Positions 14,586 to 28,637 of a DNA stretch of 64,000 nucleotides are shown piece by piece. Source of the stretch: Trichoplax adhaerens (Eukaryota; Animalia; Placozoa). The stretch is from the NCBI RefSeq assembly GCF_000150275.1, contig NW_002060943.1:3740008-3804007 (forward strand), written 5' to 3'. Below the pieces are notes generated by a model that was not told the DNA's origin, did not search any database, and saw only the letters and a list, made by a program, of their open reading frames with translations. Both the position numbers and the translations under genes were made by a program. The stretch's first letter is position 1. Each line of letters starts with the position of its first letter.

Positions 14586-17500
14586 ATGGAAAGTGGCTGT
14601 TCTACTCTATCGAGCAAAGGCCTAGACAATCAACCCGGTGAAAATAATTGCTTTCTCAACTCAGTTATTCAGGTAATTAATATACTTGTTCAATTCATTG
14701 ATAAAGATGGAGAAGATATTTTAATAGATCTCAGAACAATTTGTCGTTTGATTTTGATCGATTGCATGCCAGGATTGCTGTTAAGATCAAATTACAAATG
14801 CATCATCGTACGTACATTATGATTGCTCCGATAGGTTATACTACACAATTGGATATTACACAGTATTAAGATAAGATATTATATCAGGCAAAAGATCAAC
14901 ATTTTCTTCTAGTATATAAACTCGATACTTTCGTTCTATTAAAAGTTAATAATTCTAATTTTAGTTACACGACTCTTTTAGTCATTTACGATACTGTTTT
15001 ACTTTAAGTATAAAAAGTGAAAAATAGCTATGCCACTGCCACTGTCGTAGTGTCGTTTGCGTAGACTCTAACTCAATTTCATGTATCCCCCGATACACTA
15101 CCACGTAATGATTAAAGAGAGTAATCCAATGTGGTAGAATAATAGTGTAAATTTCTCAGTCTTTAAATTTTAATAGAATAATAATGATCAAGCAACCGAA
15201 AGCTGCATAGTAATTACTGATCCAGTCTAATAAATTGAAATTAGTTTAGCTGGTTACATTTTCATGAAGGCTATAACTACAATCGAATGAATGTATTAGT
15301 TATACAGCTTATTAAATTCTCTTACTTAACTACAACCTAATGCATATATTGAACAGCTTATCAAATCTCTTATCGCATATGATTTCAGGCATTATGGCAT
15401 ATTGATATCTTTCGTGATAGCCTTCACAATTTAAAAGACGATAGACAAAAATCAAATAATATTATCGAAGCTTTACAGGTAAGCCCAAGCGTAAATGCTC
15501 ATAGATAAGTAATAGATAGCTTTGCTATAGAGCAGAGTATCGAGACAATATTCATTTGGACAAACAGAATATTACTTTGATTGAAATTAATACCTGAAAT
15601 TCTGTTTAAGTGATCACTAACCATCTCGATTCAATAACATCTCACTACCTCTCATAACTAACTGTGGTAACGATTCTATTTATTTATAGGTCATTTTTGA
15701 TAATTATAAATACTGCGATTTTCAAGTCTTAAAGCCTGATTACTTAAGAAGAGTACTGGCTAAGCTTAATGTTGATCGCTTTCAACTGGGTCAAACAAAT
15801 GATGCCGTAGAGTGTTATGTAAGTTTAAGTACGGACATTTTGCCCTATTAACCTGTATCAACTTTGTATTGATCGCACTTGAAAATGTCAGTAACAAATT
15901 TAACTATCCAAACTTTAAAATAATCGCATTTTCGCAAATTCATACATGAAACGCTACTATGTAAAGATTTTTAAATAACCAATAAAATTTTACAAGAATA
16001 CAATTTATGGCTGGAACACATCCTAAAGACAATATTATTGCTATTAAATTAGAATTTCTACTAATAAAACAAAGGAGACCTTTATTGGCTAACTACGACG
16101 CAATAATGAATTTTCAGTGTGCGCTCCTTAAAAAATAAACTATTTCTACTAAACTCAAAATTATATCCTATTGTTTAGCCTACGAAAGGATACAATTAAA
16201 CTCATTTATGCAATCCTTATACCACTAATACAAATAACAGTAGCCTACCAGTATTTCACTAATTTGCATTCGAATATTGATTACGCAGGAATATATCCTA
16301 GATAAAATACATGAACACTCAACTACAGATGTTGATAGCGCAACATGTGAGGATGATGGCTGTATTACTCACAAGAAGTTTACTCTTACATTGATAAATC
16401 ATGTAAGATTTAGTTAGTTTAGCCACTAGAATCCATAGTATATCACTAATTCAATAACTTGTTTCTGCGTTGAATTTTAGCGTATCTGTCCCTATTGTGA
16501 GGCTACCTCGGAGCCTGAACCATTGAGAATACCTTTGCTTTATCTTAATGTTTCCGAACTTGTGTAAGAATGCATTCTCCTATTCTAACTTATTAGAATA
16601 GTAAAATGAAAGTACAAGATTTTCAATTTAAGTGAATTATTCACGAAATACATATTTTTAAACTATAAAGCGTTCAGAAATAAAATTAACGAATCGGATT
16701 GTTTTACAGAAATGAGATTTACATACCGTCAGGTCGTGATAATGATTTTAGAAACATTACATTCGGTAAAATGCTTCGATCTGTTTTAGCTACCAAAGAA
16801 TCATGCCCTGTAAGATATGGTGTCACGTTATAGCAAATTCGCTATTGATACTCAATTTATTGCTTGTCTTCAAATAACATTCCAGAAGCTTGATAAATCA
16901 ATTTGACCTTTTGATAGGGAAATTGTAGAAACATCATTAAAAGTGAATGCTATCTTACAAATTGCCCTGAAATTGGTAACCTGAATTCATTATGGCTAGC
17001 CTTGACATTGAGATTGGTATTAATGTTTTTAATGCAATTTTGTATTAACAGTTAGTATTGGTTTTTCATGGTCGACAAAGTCAGCACCAAGATCTACCAT
17101 TCAATCGTTACTCTATGTCATCCAAACACGCATTTCTTTAAATGATGTAAGTATTCGGCTTGGCCTAAATAATACAAGAATGATAATTTTACGATAGAGC
17201 TTTTACAAGCCGCTAGTATTAGCACTTCAGTCTATCTAGCCTATCGTTAATTTACCGTTTAGTTCATCATATATTAGGAGCACAATGACTGAAATTTTGA
17301 ATTGTTTCAGGTATTCTCAAAGGTTCTTGACGAAAATGCAGCCCAAACCACGATCGATCTTAATACCATGGTAGTTTATTATGGCATGCATTATGCCACA
17401 TTCTGTCATCATACGAGATACAAGAAATGGATATTATGTGATGATGCACATATACGAGATGTAAGATCGTATGCACAAAAGTATAATTGACGTATTGATG

Positions 17501-18981
17501 ATATATAATTTAATGCTCGCATAACAACATTAATAACTTTTTGTAAGCACTTATGCTTAATTATTGGCTATAATATTGTATGATTTATAGGTTGGTCAAA
17601 CCTTTGAGGATGTAATTCAAAGTTGCATTCGTAATTGCTATCAACCAGTGCTACTGATTTATACCAATTCATCTGGAAAGCCAATGGATCCAATACCGTC
17701 AACATCTGATACCGATCAGTTAGTTAGTGAGAATCGTAGGGTGAATGAAGTAGTAACTGGTCAATTAATTGATCTCGAAGATTCTACTAGTACTGGAAGT
17801 ATTCCAAAATCAGACTCTCGCTCATATATCGAATCCCAAAGCAACTATGGCGATAGCTATGATGGCGTAGATATATTGCAAACTTCACGAGTTTCGAAAG
17901 GTGGTAGCACGTCATCTACAATCACTCGATCTCGAGAACCATATGAAGCTGATGATGACTTAGCCAATACTGTAACTAGGCTACAGCAATGGTCTGTTAC
18001 AGGTAAAATTTCAAAGGGTCAGCAGATGATAAATCGGGACATATCTAACAAATTAGGTGTACAAGCAACCCAAACTAATCCTTTACCATCGAATGCTTGG
18101 ACTGACTCACATATTAGAAAACTACCATCAAACTATAAGTATTATGACAAAAATTCATCGTATGGTCGACAGTTTTCAGGATCAGATGCAACCTCTAATT
18201 CTTCCGGTAGATCCGACGATGGTTTGAGTTTTGTTACGGCACCTGCATCCTACAATCATCACAGAACTACGGAAGATTCTTCTAATTCCGAAATAACTGA
18301 CCCAAGGCATCCTGTTAGCTCTCCTAAGTACCATAGCGTTTATACAGCAAAAGTAAATAACGAAGACGAATACAGTCAGAAAATGACTCGTACGAATTAT
18401 GGCGAGAGATCTAACGTGCTTGCAGGCCATCATTATCAAAGGAAAGATCCAGTTCAAGTTAACGATAATCCTAGATCGAGTAACCAGATCAATCAATTTG
18501 CTACAATTAGCAAACGTAAGTTGTAGATAAATAATTTTATTTTTAGTTCATTTAATACATAACTGATTTAACCTGCAAACTGATAGACAACTCAGACTTA
18601 TGTTCATTGTAAATTGATAAAAAATTGGTTTTAGGTCTGATCGCTTCTAATTACTATCACCAACTATGCCTACTAGGAAATCATAGTTTAGATAGTTGTG
18701 TTATTGCGGCATCTTGTGGCCAACTAGACCAGGCTAGAACCCTTTGTAATAGTGCACTGGGTAGGATACAATTATAATTATTAACTACAATATGAATATT
18801 AAATAATGATCCTACATAATAACATGAACTGAATGCGATTACATTTCGATTTCTACCTACAGATTTTTATTGTAGATCACGTTCACTAGACGACCTTGAT
18901 AAGCATTTACATGAGCACGCTGATGAATTGATGTGCTGCTGCTCTGACGTGAAAGCAAAGTTGGATGAACTATCAAAATAG
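14586..18981 (+). CDS. USP54: USP53/USP54 (echinus-like) ubiquitin-specific protease, about 12 exons
   Basis: Cys box KGLDNQPGENNCFLNSVIQ/ALWHIDIFR, then RFQLGQTNDAVECY/EYILDKIH, CITHKKF, CPYC, His box VVYYGMHYATF...KWILCDDA and YQPVLLIY. A long Ser-rich linker follows, then a C-terminal helical segment (ASCGQLDQARTLCNSAL) resembling the MIT-like region of USP54. TAG at 18979-18981. Confidence 0.9.
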
Positions 18982-19476
18982 CATTAACGAACAATATAAG
19001 TATGGCACGAAATTTCGATTTAAAGTATCTTTCCCTACTCTTACTCGAAATGAGTATACACGAGACACAGTATAAAACCCATAGCACTAACACATGAGCA
19101 TCGTAGAAATAAATTACTGTGAAATGTTTAAGTTTAAACATTAAAATAATATCTAAAAAAAATAATTTTATTAAAGAACGGGACAGATATTTGTACAGGA
19201 TGTGTTATCTGTTACATTTCTGATAAAATTTAATAATTCCTCTTATGGATATTATATACAAGTTTATTTTGTAATTTAATTAAAGTGCTTATTACTTCAC
19301 TTTCTCTCTATGTAGCCACTATTTCAGGTTTAGTGAAACGTTATGAACAACATCACACCGTGAAAAAATTAATTAATTGCTAGTTCGATATTATGTTCTC
19401 CACATTTATTCTATATGAAAATTAATTGATGTTGGTCTTGTTAATATATATATAATTGAATGTTGTTTCATTTTGA

Positions 19477-22400
19477 TTATTCAACTTCGATTACAGCTTT
19501 AATATTCAAAGCTGCAAATTCTGTAACTAAATAAAGGTATACGTAAGGAAGGTACATTTTAGTAACTTCTTGAGTGCTATCACATGTAGTACATCTGTAA
19601 ACTTTTCGGGAGAATTCTCGAAAGATATCGGCTTCATTTTTGTTTACATCAGTGGTAATCCCTAGGACGCTACCGCATTTCTTACAAACATGCGCCTAAA
19701 ATCAACATGTACGGATGCTTTAAACCAACAAATCTTAAACATATACTATTTAGAAATTGTGCACTGTAGTGAAATTCAATGTTACCACTGATTTATCGGA
19801 ACAGTTAAGCAGTCTATCTTGTAGTAGAAATGATGTGCCATGAGATATTAAAGCATCACGCTCCATCTCGCCGAACCTGACTCCACCGGCCCTTTTTCTA
19901 CCCTAAGAATATTTGATGAAATACTACTGCATTAGATTTGATTTTCTCGCAATAACGAGTCCTAACTTAACGTTTAACGATAGGTAGTAAATCAATCAAA
20001 GTTACCTGAACAGGTTGACGAGTTAAGGAATCGATTGGCCCTGTTGTCCTAACCTAATTCAATCAAGAAAACATTTCATCTCAATAAAAAATTCATACTC
20101 AGCCCGAATACAGATATGCATTTGTCATATATGGTAGAGATACCTGAAACTTATCAGAAATCATATGCCTTAATCGCTGATAGTATACAGTGCCAATAAA
20201 TATATTAGCCTCAAATTCTTCGCCACTCATGCCATCGTACATTCTTTCCGTACCAAAATAGTTGTAGCCAGCTTTAACATTTAAGAAATATACATATTGT
20301 GTAAGGCTAAGCATGTTATCGAACCTACGATCATCTAATCTATTATTATACCAAATTTTAAGTCAATATTATTTAAGAAAAGTCAAAGACATCACCTTTC
20401 TCTAGATATTTTCCAAAGTAATCTACGGCTGAAACTTTTTCGCTAAACTGAAAGGGTGTTGCATCATGACAGAGTCCATGAAGACTAGCAGATTTGCCTG
20501 CCATAGATTCAATCATCATGCCTGCAATAAATATACATTTTAAAAATTAATGGTATAATCATAATTTTACTGCATGAATTGGCGAAATAGGAACATTGAT
20601 AGAAGGAAAAATTTTAACCTATAGTCATTCTCGATGGAAAGCCATGTGGATTGAATAATATATCAGGAGTCATGCCGGATTCAGTAAAAGGCATATTTTC
20701 TATTGGCCATAATTGACTGAAATTGAAAATTAGGTTACCATGTTTAACTGAGGGTACAAAATTATCAAACTGAGTACGATGAACTTGCATTTACATTATA
20801 CCTGCATACTCCTTTCTGCCCGTGACGGCTTGAAAATTTATCCCCAATGATCGGATTTCGCTGTAATTTATCGTAGAAGATCCAAATATTAATAATAAGG
20901 GTAGGTTATGCGTAAAGTTTTAGTAACTTGCGTAAATATTTAAGGGTGTGCTGCATACCTCGATTCGGAATTTAACGCATATTCGCTGCAATGGCTTTCG
21001 ACCGCTATCCGATCCAAGTAATTTAACCTAGATAATATTTGATGTCAGTCATGTTGAGCAATATCAAATTTCGAGTTAATATCTTGTAATACGTCTTGCT
21101 TTAAAACGTACATCATCTACTATTCCTTGTTCTTGGCCACGGTAGTAATGGACAACGCATTGACTTGTAGAAAGATTTAAAGTACTAAAGATAATATTAA
21201 ATGGTCTTAAAGTCATATCGTAACTAACTACATACTCGTATAGTAATAATGCAATATTGCTCAAAATTACCAATAGTATGGATCTCCGGAATTTAGTATA
21301 GAACCAATTTTTGGCAATCCATCCAAATCAATATTGTCACTATCAGTAGTACCAGGAGTTTGGCCTATTTAAATTATTTCAATTTAGTAAAGAAAAATGA
21401 AAGCCAGTTCGAAGATGACTAGGAGCATACCAAATATCTCCAATCCATCAGCGGTTTTCGAATTCAGATTGATAACCTAGCCATAAATAATACATTTTAC
21501 TATATCTCGCCAAATAATGATATATAATTGGAATTAATAGATTATATAATGTATGGTATTAAAACGTCGGTAAAGTTACCTCAGATTTATATATAGTGGC
21601 ATGGGCAAATCCTCGTTCGACTGAACTTTTATTCAGTATCATCGCATCTTCCATATCATAGCCCTATTATTATCAATAATCATAAAAGTACAAGTATACG
21701 CATAATTAGGTAACATAACCAGCTATTGTACAGTGAATTATAAAAATTTCTGTTAGGATGGACATGCCGTATATGCTATAACAGCCACGATTGCATTAGT
21801 TCCTAGTGGATAATCATCAAATCCGTAATGATCGTAATCGGCTGTACGAACAACAGGCGTTTGAGGAGTCTATCAAAAATAATCCACGTAAAAGTAAATA
21901 CTGTAATATTTATAGTAATATTATATAATCAATTAAGCCTATATTGTCTACTACAATCAGTTAAACTAACATTAACTTGTGTACCTGTATTCGATAAAGT
22001 TTGTTATCAGATCGATATTTAAAGGACTGAATAGGGGTTCCCATAGTTTGCTTTCCCATCTAAAATGTTGCAATACAAACATGACATCATCATTTCAAAA
22101 CCAATTACAGTCTTGATTTTAGGATAACTTTGCTTTACCTGACATTGATACATGTTACGAGGACTTTGATTAAAGTCAGAAAATGGCGTTAATCGGGCCA
22201 ATGCACTGAGCATGCTGCATGGTGATAGCTCTTGATGAGTGGTTACCTAATTTAAAAGAAATTGATGATGTAGGGATAACTAATAAATTATAATGAATAT
22301 TTTGGCCAATTATTATTGACTAGACTTGCATAATAACAAGTCAAAATTTTCAACATGATAAATAGTTAACCTCAGCGTATGCTTCTTCAGCAGTAATACA

Positions 22401-25400
22401 AATATCCATAAAGACCTTGAAATAAGCATTTAGAGTTAGAGAGAAAATTCTAATTCACTACTTACAAATGAGAATATAAGCTATTGGAAACAAGATAAGA
22501 ACCAAACACAAGCATTACATTAGTATTACACTAAATTTGTAAAATCCATTACTTGCTCAAAAGTACCAATCATTTCTTGTTTTTGCAACCGTAAATTTGT
22601 GACTGGTCTAATCATACGAGCTGGGGACGTAAAAAGATACAATCCGTTGTAGAGACCGCTAATTCCGTCATGGACTAATGCAATCTCCGTAGATGGATCA
22701 ACCTACATCGGATGGCATGATGGATTACTTAGTTTTTATTTATGTGCTGTTGCTATCCTCCTCGAAATTTATATTGTATGTTAAAAGGACAAGGATGAAT
22801 TACTGAAGCTTACCATATCCATGTTATTTATCTTTAGATATCGTAATTTATCGGCGATTTCTTTTCCAATTTCCTTCTGAATATACCCCACAATTTTGCC
22901 GTCTAATATTACTACATGCGCGGAACTATATTCAATAAGTGGATCCGATAATGATAGCATTCCCAACTCATACAGCGTGCTAACTAACTTAGTTGTATCA
23001 GACATTTTGGTTACGACCTATATTTGCAAGATAGGAAATCCTTTCAATCTTTATTTTTCTCAATGTAAGCCTATTAAATGTGTACGAGTATATACAGTAT
23101 TGAGTAAAAAAACAGACGCGACTGAACCTACTTTGCAGCTAGCCGCTAAATGATTCAACAAACCACATGGAGCACCATCAGGGGTATGAACGGGACAGAG
23201 AAACCCTAAATTATCAAGAAAGGCATTAAATTGCAAATATTATTAAATCTATTTGCTAGTAATATATCCATGCTCGTAAATTGCAAGAGAAGTTTATGTG
23301 CACTCCTGCTTTGGCTCGTCATCATGTATCGACATGCTTACCCCAAGCTTCAGGAAGTAACTTACGAACAGCGGTGGTACGCATTTCAGTAAAGAAACTA
23401 CCCCGATGAACACTTCGAAAATGTGATACGAATCTCATAAAATTTAACCGATCAGCTACCAGAACATAACCTGCAACCTTGATACAAAAGAGAAAACATA
23501 CAATTAGAAACTCCTCGAAGCAATGTAATGTAGTATAACACGATAGTAACCTGCATTAAGCCTAAATCAGCCCTAGCGACTAAATTCCCTGTGGCCAAAA
23601 AATACTCTAGTTGATTCGGTATATTAGTACCATTATTTGCAGCTCTAACTATAGCATCTGCAAGATAGAATCATTGTACTTATATATTTCTATTTAGAAA
23701 CATAACCAAGCAATCTACTTCGTTAAGTGAAAATATGGGTCTTTATCTAAAGTAACTGTGAGTACAATTACATAAATCAAATAGCAATAAATACTTTCTA
23801 ATTTTTCATCGTTGGTTTTTGCCATATACTTCAAAATTAAATTCTTAACCCTCGATAGCCATAATTCTAATTTTTCCTGTAATTACCAAGCCATCAGTTA
23901 ATTAGCATACAATAGCTAGATCAGAAATGACACTAGTAACATGATACTGTATAATGATAAATGATCACTTACTTTTAATACCATTGAGTACATATGACCA
24001 CCTAAGAGAATTTCTTGATTCATTGGACTATCTTGTGACTCTATTTGACACTCGCCATTTGCAACTGCGTATAATTTTCGAATCATGTAACTGTATAACA
24101 TAAAACATATTAACTGTTTAATAATCACAACTACGGAAATAAGAAAACATTTTTTCTTAAAAATTTTAACTATGATATACTTACATAAGTAAATTAAATT
24201 TATCTTCATTTCTATCCAGGTGAACAGCTATACAATTTCTAAGGTTATTAAAAAGGCAATTAGACATCAATATTGCGGTAAAGAGTAATTAAGGCCCATT
24301 TAAACAATAAATAACGCATTGGATTGCCAGATTTTATTTACTTCAATAAATAATTAGCAACATCGGCATCATAGGTCCATTCCGGTAGATTCATTTTAAC
24401 ACGAAATTTTTCTCCTTGATTTAAGTAAACAATTAGAGTTCTTACATTGTATGTTGATTCATAATATAGAATGTCACACCAATTAAATACTGAAGAAACG
24501 AATATCTTAATTATCTTGGCTAATGCTACACATTAATGCTATCTCCTCACCGATATGATTAAGAATATCGTCCTGTGTATGAAGCATTTCTTTCTGAAAT
24601 GCATGTAGCATGGCTTCTACACACCTACATAGCAATATAAGTTAACATCGAGGTACTATTAATTCGATGGACTGTCATCCTTAACCAATTTTCGTATTTG
24701 AATTTCAAAGTCATAATTTTAATTACGCTTTAGTATGGGAGTTATCTTCATTGCCTTTGACAATTTCAGAAAATATGAAATAGTCGGTGGTTCGAATTAA
24801 AGCCTGTTAAATTTGTACCAAAAACGACGTTGATTAGTAACACCGTTAAGTAAAAATTGCACTACGTTTAAAATAAACTAGCCTTTAGAATGAATACAAC
24901 TGGTATAAAGAATAATTCTTTTCGATAAGGAATAGCAAGAATGCAAACACCATCTGATCGATAATGCAATGTCATTCTCTAAAGGTATAAAAGGAAAATA
25001 TATGGTATAAAGATATATATTTATTGTGATATTAGTTTATATCGAATGATAATGTTTAAAATAAATTTCGAAACACCCTATTAAGATCTTACAGCAGCGG
25101 ATTGATCTCTACGAACGCAGCGTATGATAATACCATATTCCGAAAATGATGCTCCAATATTTTTCCAAGATGGACGCGATATTGCCATAGGCTATATATG
25201 TATATATATATAATATTTTCATAGAAAGTATAAATTATGGATTGATAATTTATAGGCAAACGTATCAATTGAGTAACTTTAATTTTGGTCGTAACGATAA
25301 ATTACGAAGAGAATTAAATATTGGAATAGTACCAGCTACCACTAAGATGCTTACGTAATTCCTCCTCGGTAGTACTATCATTCGTATGACTTTTTCTAAG

Positions 25401-27334
25401 CCATTAACTATAAAATATCCACCAGCTTCCTGCAGTGGTCAGATCGTTCATACAACAAGTATTAGCGTTGTATAGTATTGTGGTAGAATAATATCACGAT
25501 AGTTGTAACATAAAATAGCACTTTAATATCTTAGTATAATGGCTAATCAAATACGTTGTAACAGAAATTGCAAGATGGTCAATTTTACGAATACTTACTT
25601 CAGCTTCATCATGGTGAGCCACTAATTGTTCAGGCGTTAGATTATACAGTGAGCAATTCTTACACTATATTAATTCGGTAGTAGCAAATACGATATGTAA
25701 ACAAGTTGGAAATTTTCGGAATGCATTATAACAATAGCTGTCAATTACAGACCTTGACCATCATTGGGATGCGACCAAGAGGTATTCCTAACGATCCAGA
25801 AGTTTCTCCATCGACATCCCAATTGATAGTAACTTGAAAATTTGCACCATAAGTTGATCCTAGTTCTCTACACTACAATATATATATAACAATTTATCAC
25901 TGAAATGTTCGTAGACTCTATTAGTGTTTGCATACAGTCTTAGCTTTATCATAGTGACGAGTATAGTTTATAATAATTCTCTTTCTATCAATTAAATGTA
26001 TAGTTGTTTTGCCATAGGATATATGTTATTCAATCAAACCTCTGCTGGATAAAGTATTGTATTGGATGAATAGCTGCCAGCTTCGCTAACAGTTGGCTTA
26101 CCAATTAAAGCATCCTAAGCAAATATAGAGAAATCGTTCAAATTAGCTAAGCAGCTTTAGGATTCTATGAAGTTTGATACGAGATTGACTTCAATTGTTA
26201 GTGGTATAATTGTCATGGCTACCTTGAAGTATATTGAAATTCGGCGGCCATCATTTAGTTGCAATTCTTCCTGTCTAATATCCTAATACGTTCAATAGTT
26301 TATCCATTTTTTTACGTATTAATTACACATGCAAATAGCATTGATTACGACAAGGCTAACCCTATACCACTTGATAAGCCGTGACAAGTGCATGCATTCA
26401 AATTACTTCGACCATATGATTAAGGTTAAGCAAGAGTTTAAGTTACAGGATCTTTATACCACTATCTATTGATGCAAGAATACCTTAACAGCCGCAGAAA
26501 GACCATCTCGTAGTAAGAAATTGAATGACTCTATATGAGGTTGGACGAATTCTTGCAAATACTAAAAAGTATTCGTAGTTAGTAAAATATGAAATGGGCT
26601 GAAATTGGAAATTTAATAGGCGATGGATAGCTAGATTGCAGGGACAATAACGGACATACGAGTATTAATTATATATACGTATAGACAGAACTATTGGAGT
26701 ATGATCCATTCTTGTATATGCTATACTACAGTCTACGAAACCAATACACAGTTAGTCAAGCACGAAATGAGCTACAATCCAAATTGGATACGAATAAACA
26801 GCTCGATCATCGAGGTAAAGAGCAACTATGTCATTTAAGCAGACTGTAATCAATGTCAAGCTATCCACTGACTTTCATTGTATCAACAACTTAGGAGAAG
26901 GTAAGCCATTGGAGCATACGATCGCTATCTTTGTCCTATACTGTATTAAGATCGAATAGACACTTGTACAGTATGAGTCTACATGCATGCAAACAGCAGC
27001 TAGTGTATCATCTTTGATGCAGTCCATTTCAATGGCATTAACAGTCTCCAACTCATCCTAAGGATACCAACATTTGTATGCTATTCAACACACACTGACT
27101 CTCTCTTAGTCCAAGGACTACAAACTACCAAGTCCACTACTGAAGATATTTTCTCCCAGGTCGATTGAGATATTTGCAACATCGAGCAGGGACTGTTCAG
27201 AGAAATTCAAAGGTCTATTGAAGGAGTATTTCTGCAGTAAATACCTTATTTTGCGTTGCAGCCAGTCTACCGTAATCCTTACATGTTAAATTGGAATAGC
27301 TTGGCATTTGGTTTCTTTTTTCTTTTTCTGGCAT
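19477..27334 (-). CDS. POLR1B: RNA polymerase I second-largest subunit RPA2, roughly 30 exons
   Basis: Exon 1 [22 protein letters not shown].., then [127 protein letters not shown] and a C-terminal zinc ribbon. The HMxxDKFQVR and NMYQCQMGKQ wording is the Pol I form. Confidence 0.97.
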
Positions 27335-27560
27335 CTTGTTGGACTTTCACTTCGATTTCTACAGGAATAAATCAATTTGATCCACAGGCTTCGGCCAAGA
27401 CAAAACCCAATGGCAGCCAATGCCTATGGACAGCTCTGTTGTCGGTATGCAAAGTCGTCTGTGCTCAAGTGGTGTCACTGACGATAGCAAGTGAATGAAG
27501 CTTGCGAGCGTCACGATGGTAGTATCACCCCCCACCCTCACCGTCTTGTAGGTGCTATAA

Positions 27561-28637
27561 CGTCCATGTGCCTTCCATTGCTACACTGATAGACTAGTAA
27601 ATCAATACCGTACCATGGTACAGTACGCTGTTACAACAGGACCGTTCCATTCCTACACTGATAAACAATACAGTACCATGTACACTACGCTGCTAGAACA
27701 GGACCGTACATGGGACGTCAATGGTCCGTACCTCTGGGTTCTGTAGCCTATGCTTCTTGCTCTAGAACGTCCATGTGCCTTCCATTCCTACACTGCTAGA
27801 CTACTAAAACAATACAGTACCATGGTACACTACGCTGTTAGAACAGGACCGTGCATGGGACGTCACTGGTCCGTACCTCTGGAGTTCTGTAGCCTATGCT
27901 TCTTGCTACTACACAGCTATACAGTACTACGCTGGTAGGACAAGACCGTACATGGGACGTCACTGGTCCGTACCTCTGGGGTTCTGTAGCCTATGCTTCT
28001 TGCTCCTACTGTACACTACGCTGTTAGGACAGACTACTAAAACAGTACAGTAGCATGGTACATTACGCTGTTAGAACAGGACCGTGCATGGGACGTCACT
28101 GGTCCGTACCTCTGGGGTTCTGTAGCCTATATGCTTCTTGCTCCTATCCGAGAATCCGATAGTCGATCTGTATGGTACTTTACTGTACTTGTGCTCAAGT
28201 GGTGCCATTCAATCTTCAGTGTTGAAATAACTCAAGAATTCAGTATAAAATTTCAGCCTAGTTAAACGTGTTTTATTCCAACACTGCTCGTATTAGTAGA
28301 AAAATGTCATACAACTTATCATAGTCTGCCATCATCGAGCTTTCAATTGTACTGTATTGATTTATACGTCACTGGTCCGTACCTCTGGGGTTCTGTAGCC
28401 TATGCTTCTTGCTCCTATCCGAGAATCCGATAGTCGATCTGTATGGCACTTTACTGTACTTGTGCTCAAGTGGTGCCATTCAATCTTCGATGTTGAAATA
28501 ACTCAAGAATTCTGTATAAAATTCCAGCCTAGTCAAATGTGTTTTATTCCAACACTGCTCGTATTAGTAGAAAAATGTCATACAACTTATCATAGTCTGC
28601 CATCATCGAGCTTTCAATTGGACTGTATTGATTTATA
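27561..28637. repeat. Complex tandem array: five copies of a ~50-bp core with related linkers, ending in a near-identical ~272-bp duplication
   Basis: The core cgtcactggtccgtacctctggggttctgtagcctatgcttcttgct occurs at ~27716, 27861, 27958, 28094 and 28367. The segment 28094-28366 is repeated at 28367-28637. Confidence 0.95.

Noticed and set aside
18182-18496. Antisense ORFs (also 22896, 27256, 29488, 36431, 51889, 56504)
   Set aside because: These are shadows of real coding exons on the opposite strand.
27058-27070. U12-type donor GTATCCTT inside POLR1B intron 1 (and GTATCCTC at ~46722)
   Set aside because: Neither has a matching U12 branch point at a usable distance.
27561-28637. CRISPR-like array
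   Set aside because: The linkers are homologous to each other and vary widely in length, no cas genes are present, and the context is eukaryotic.
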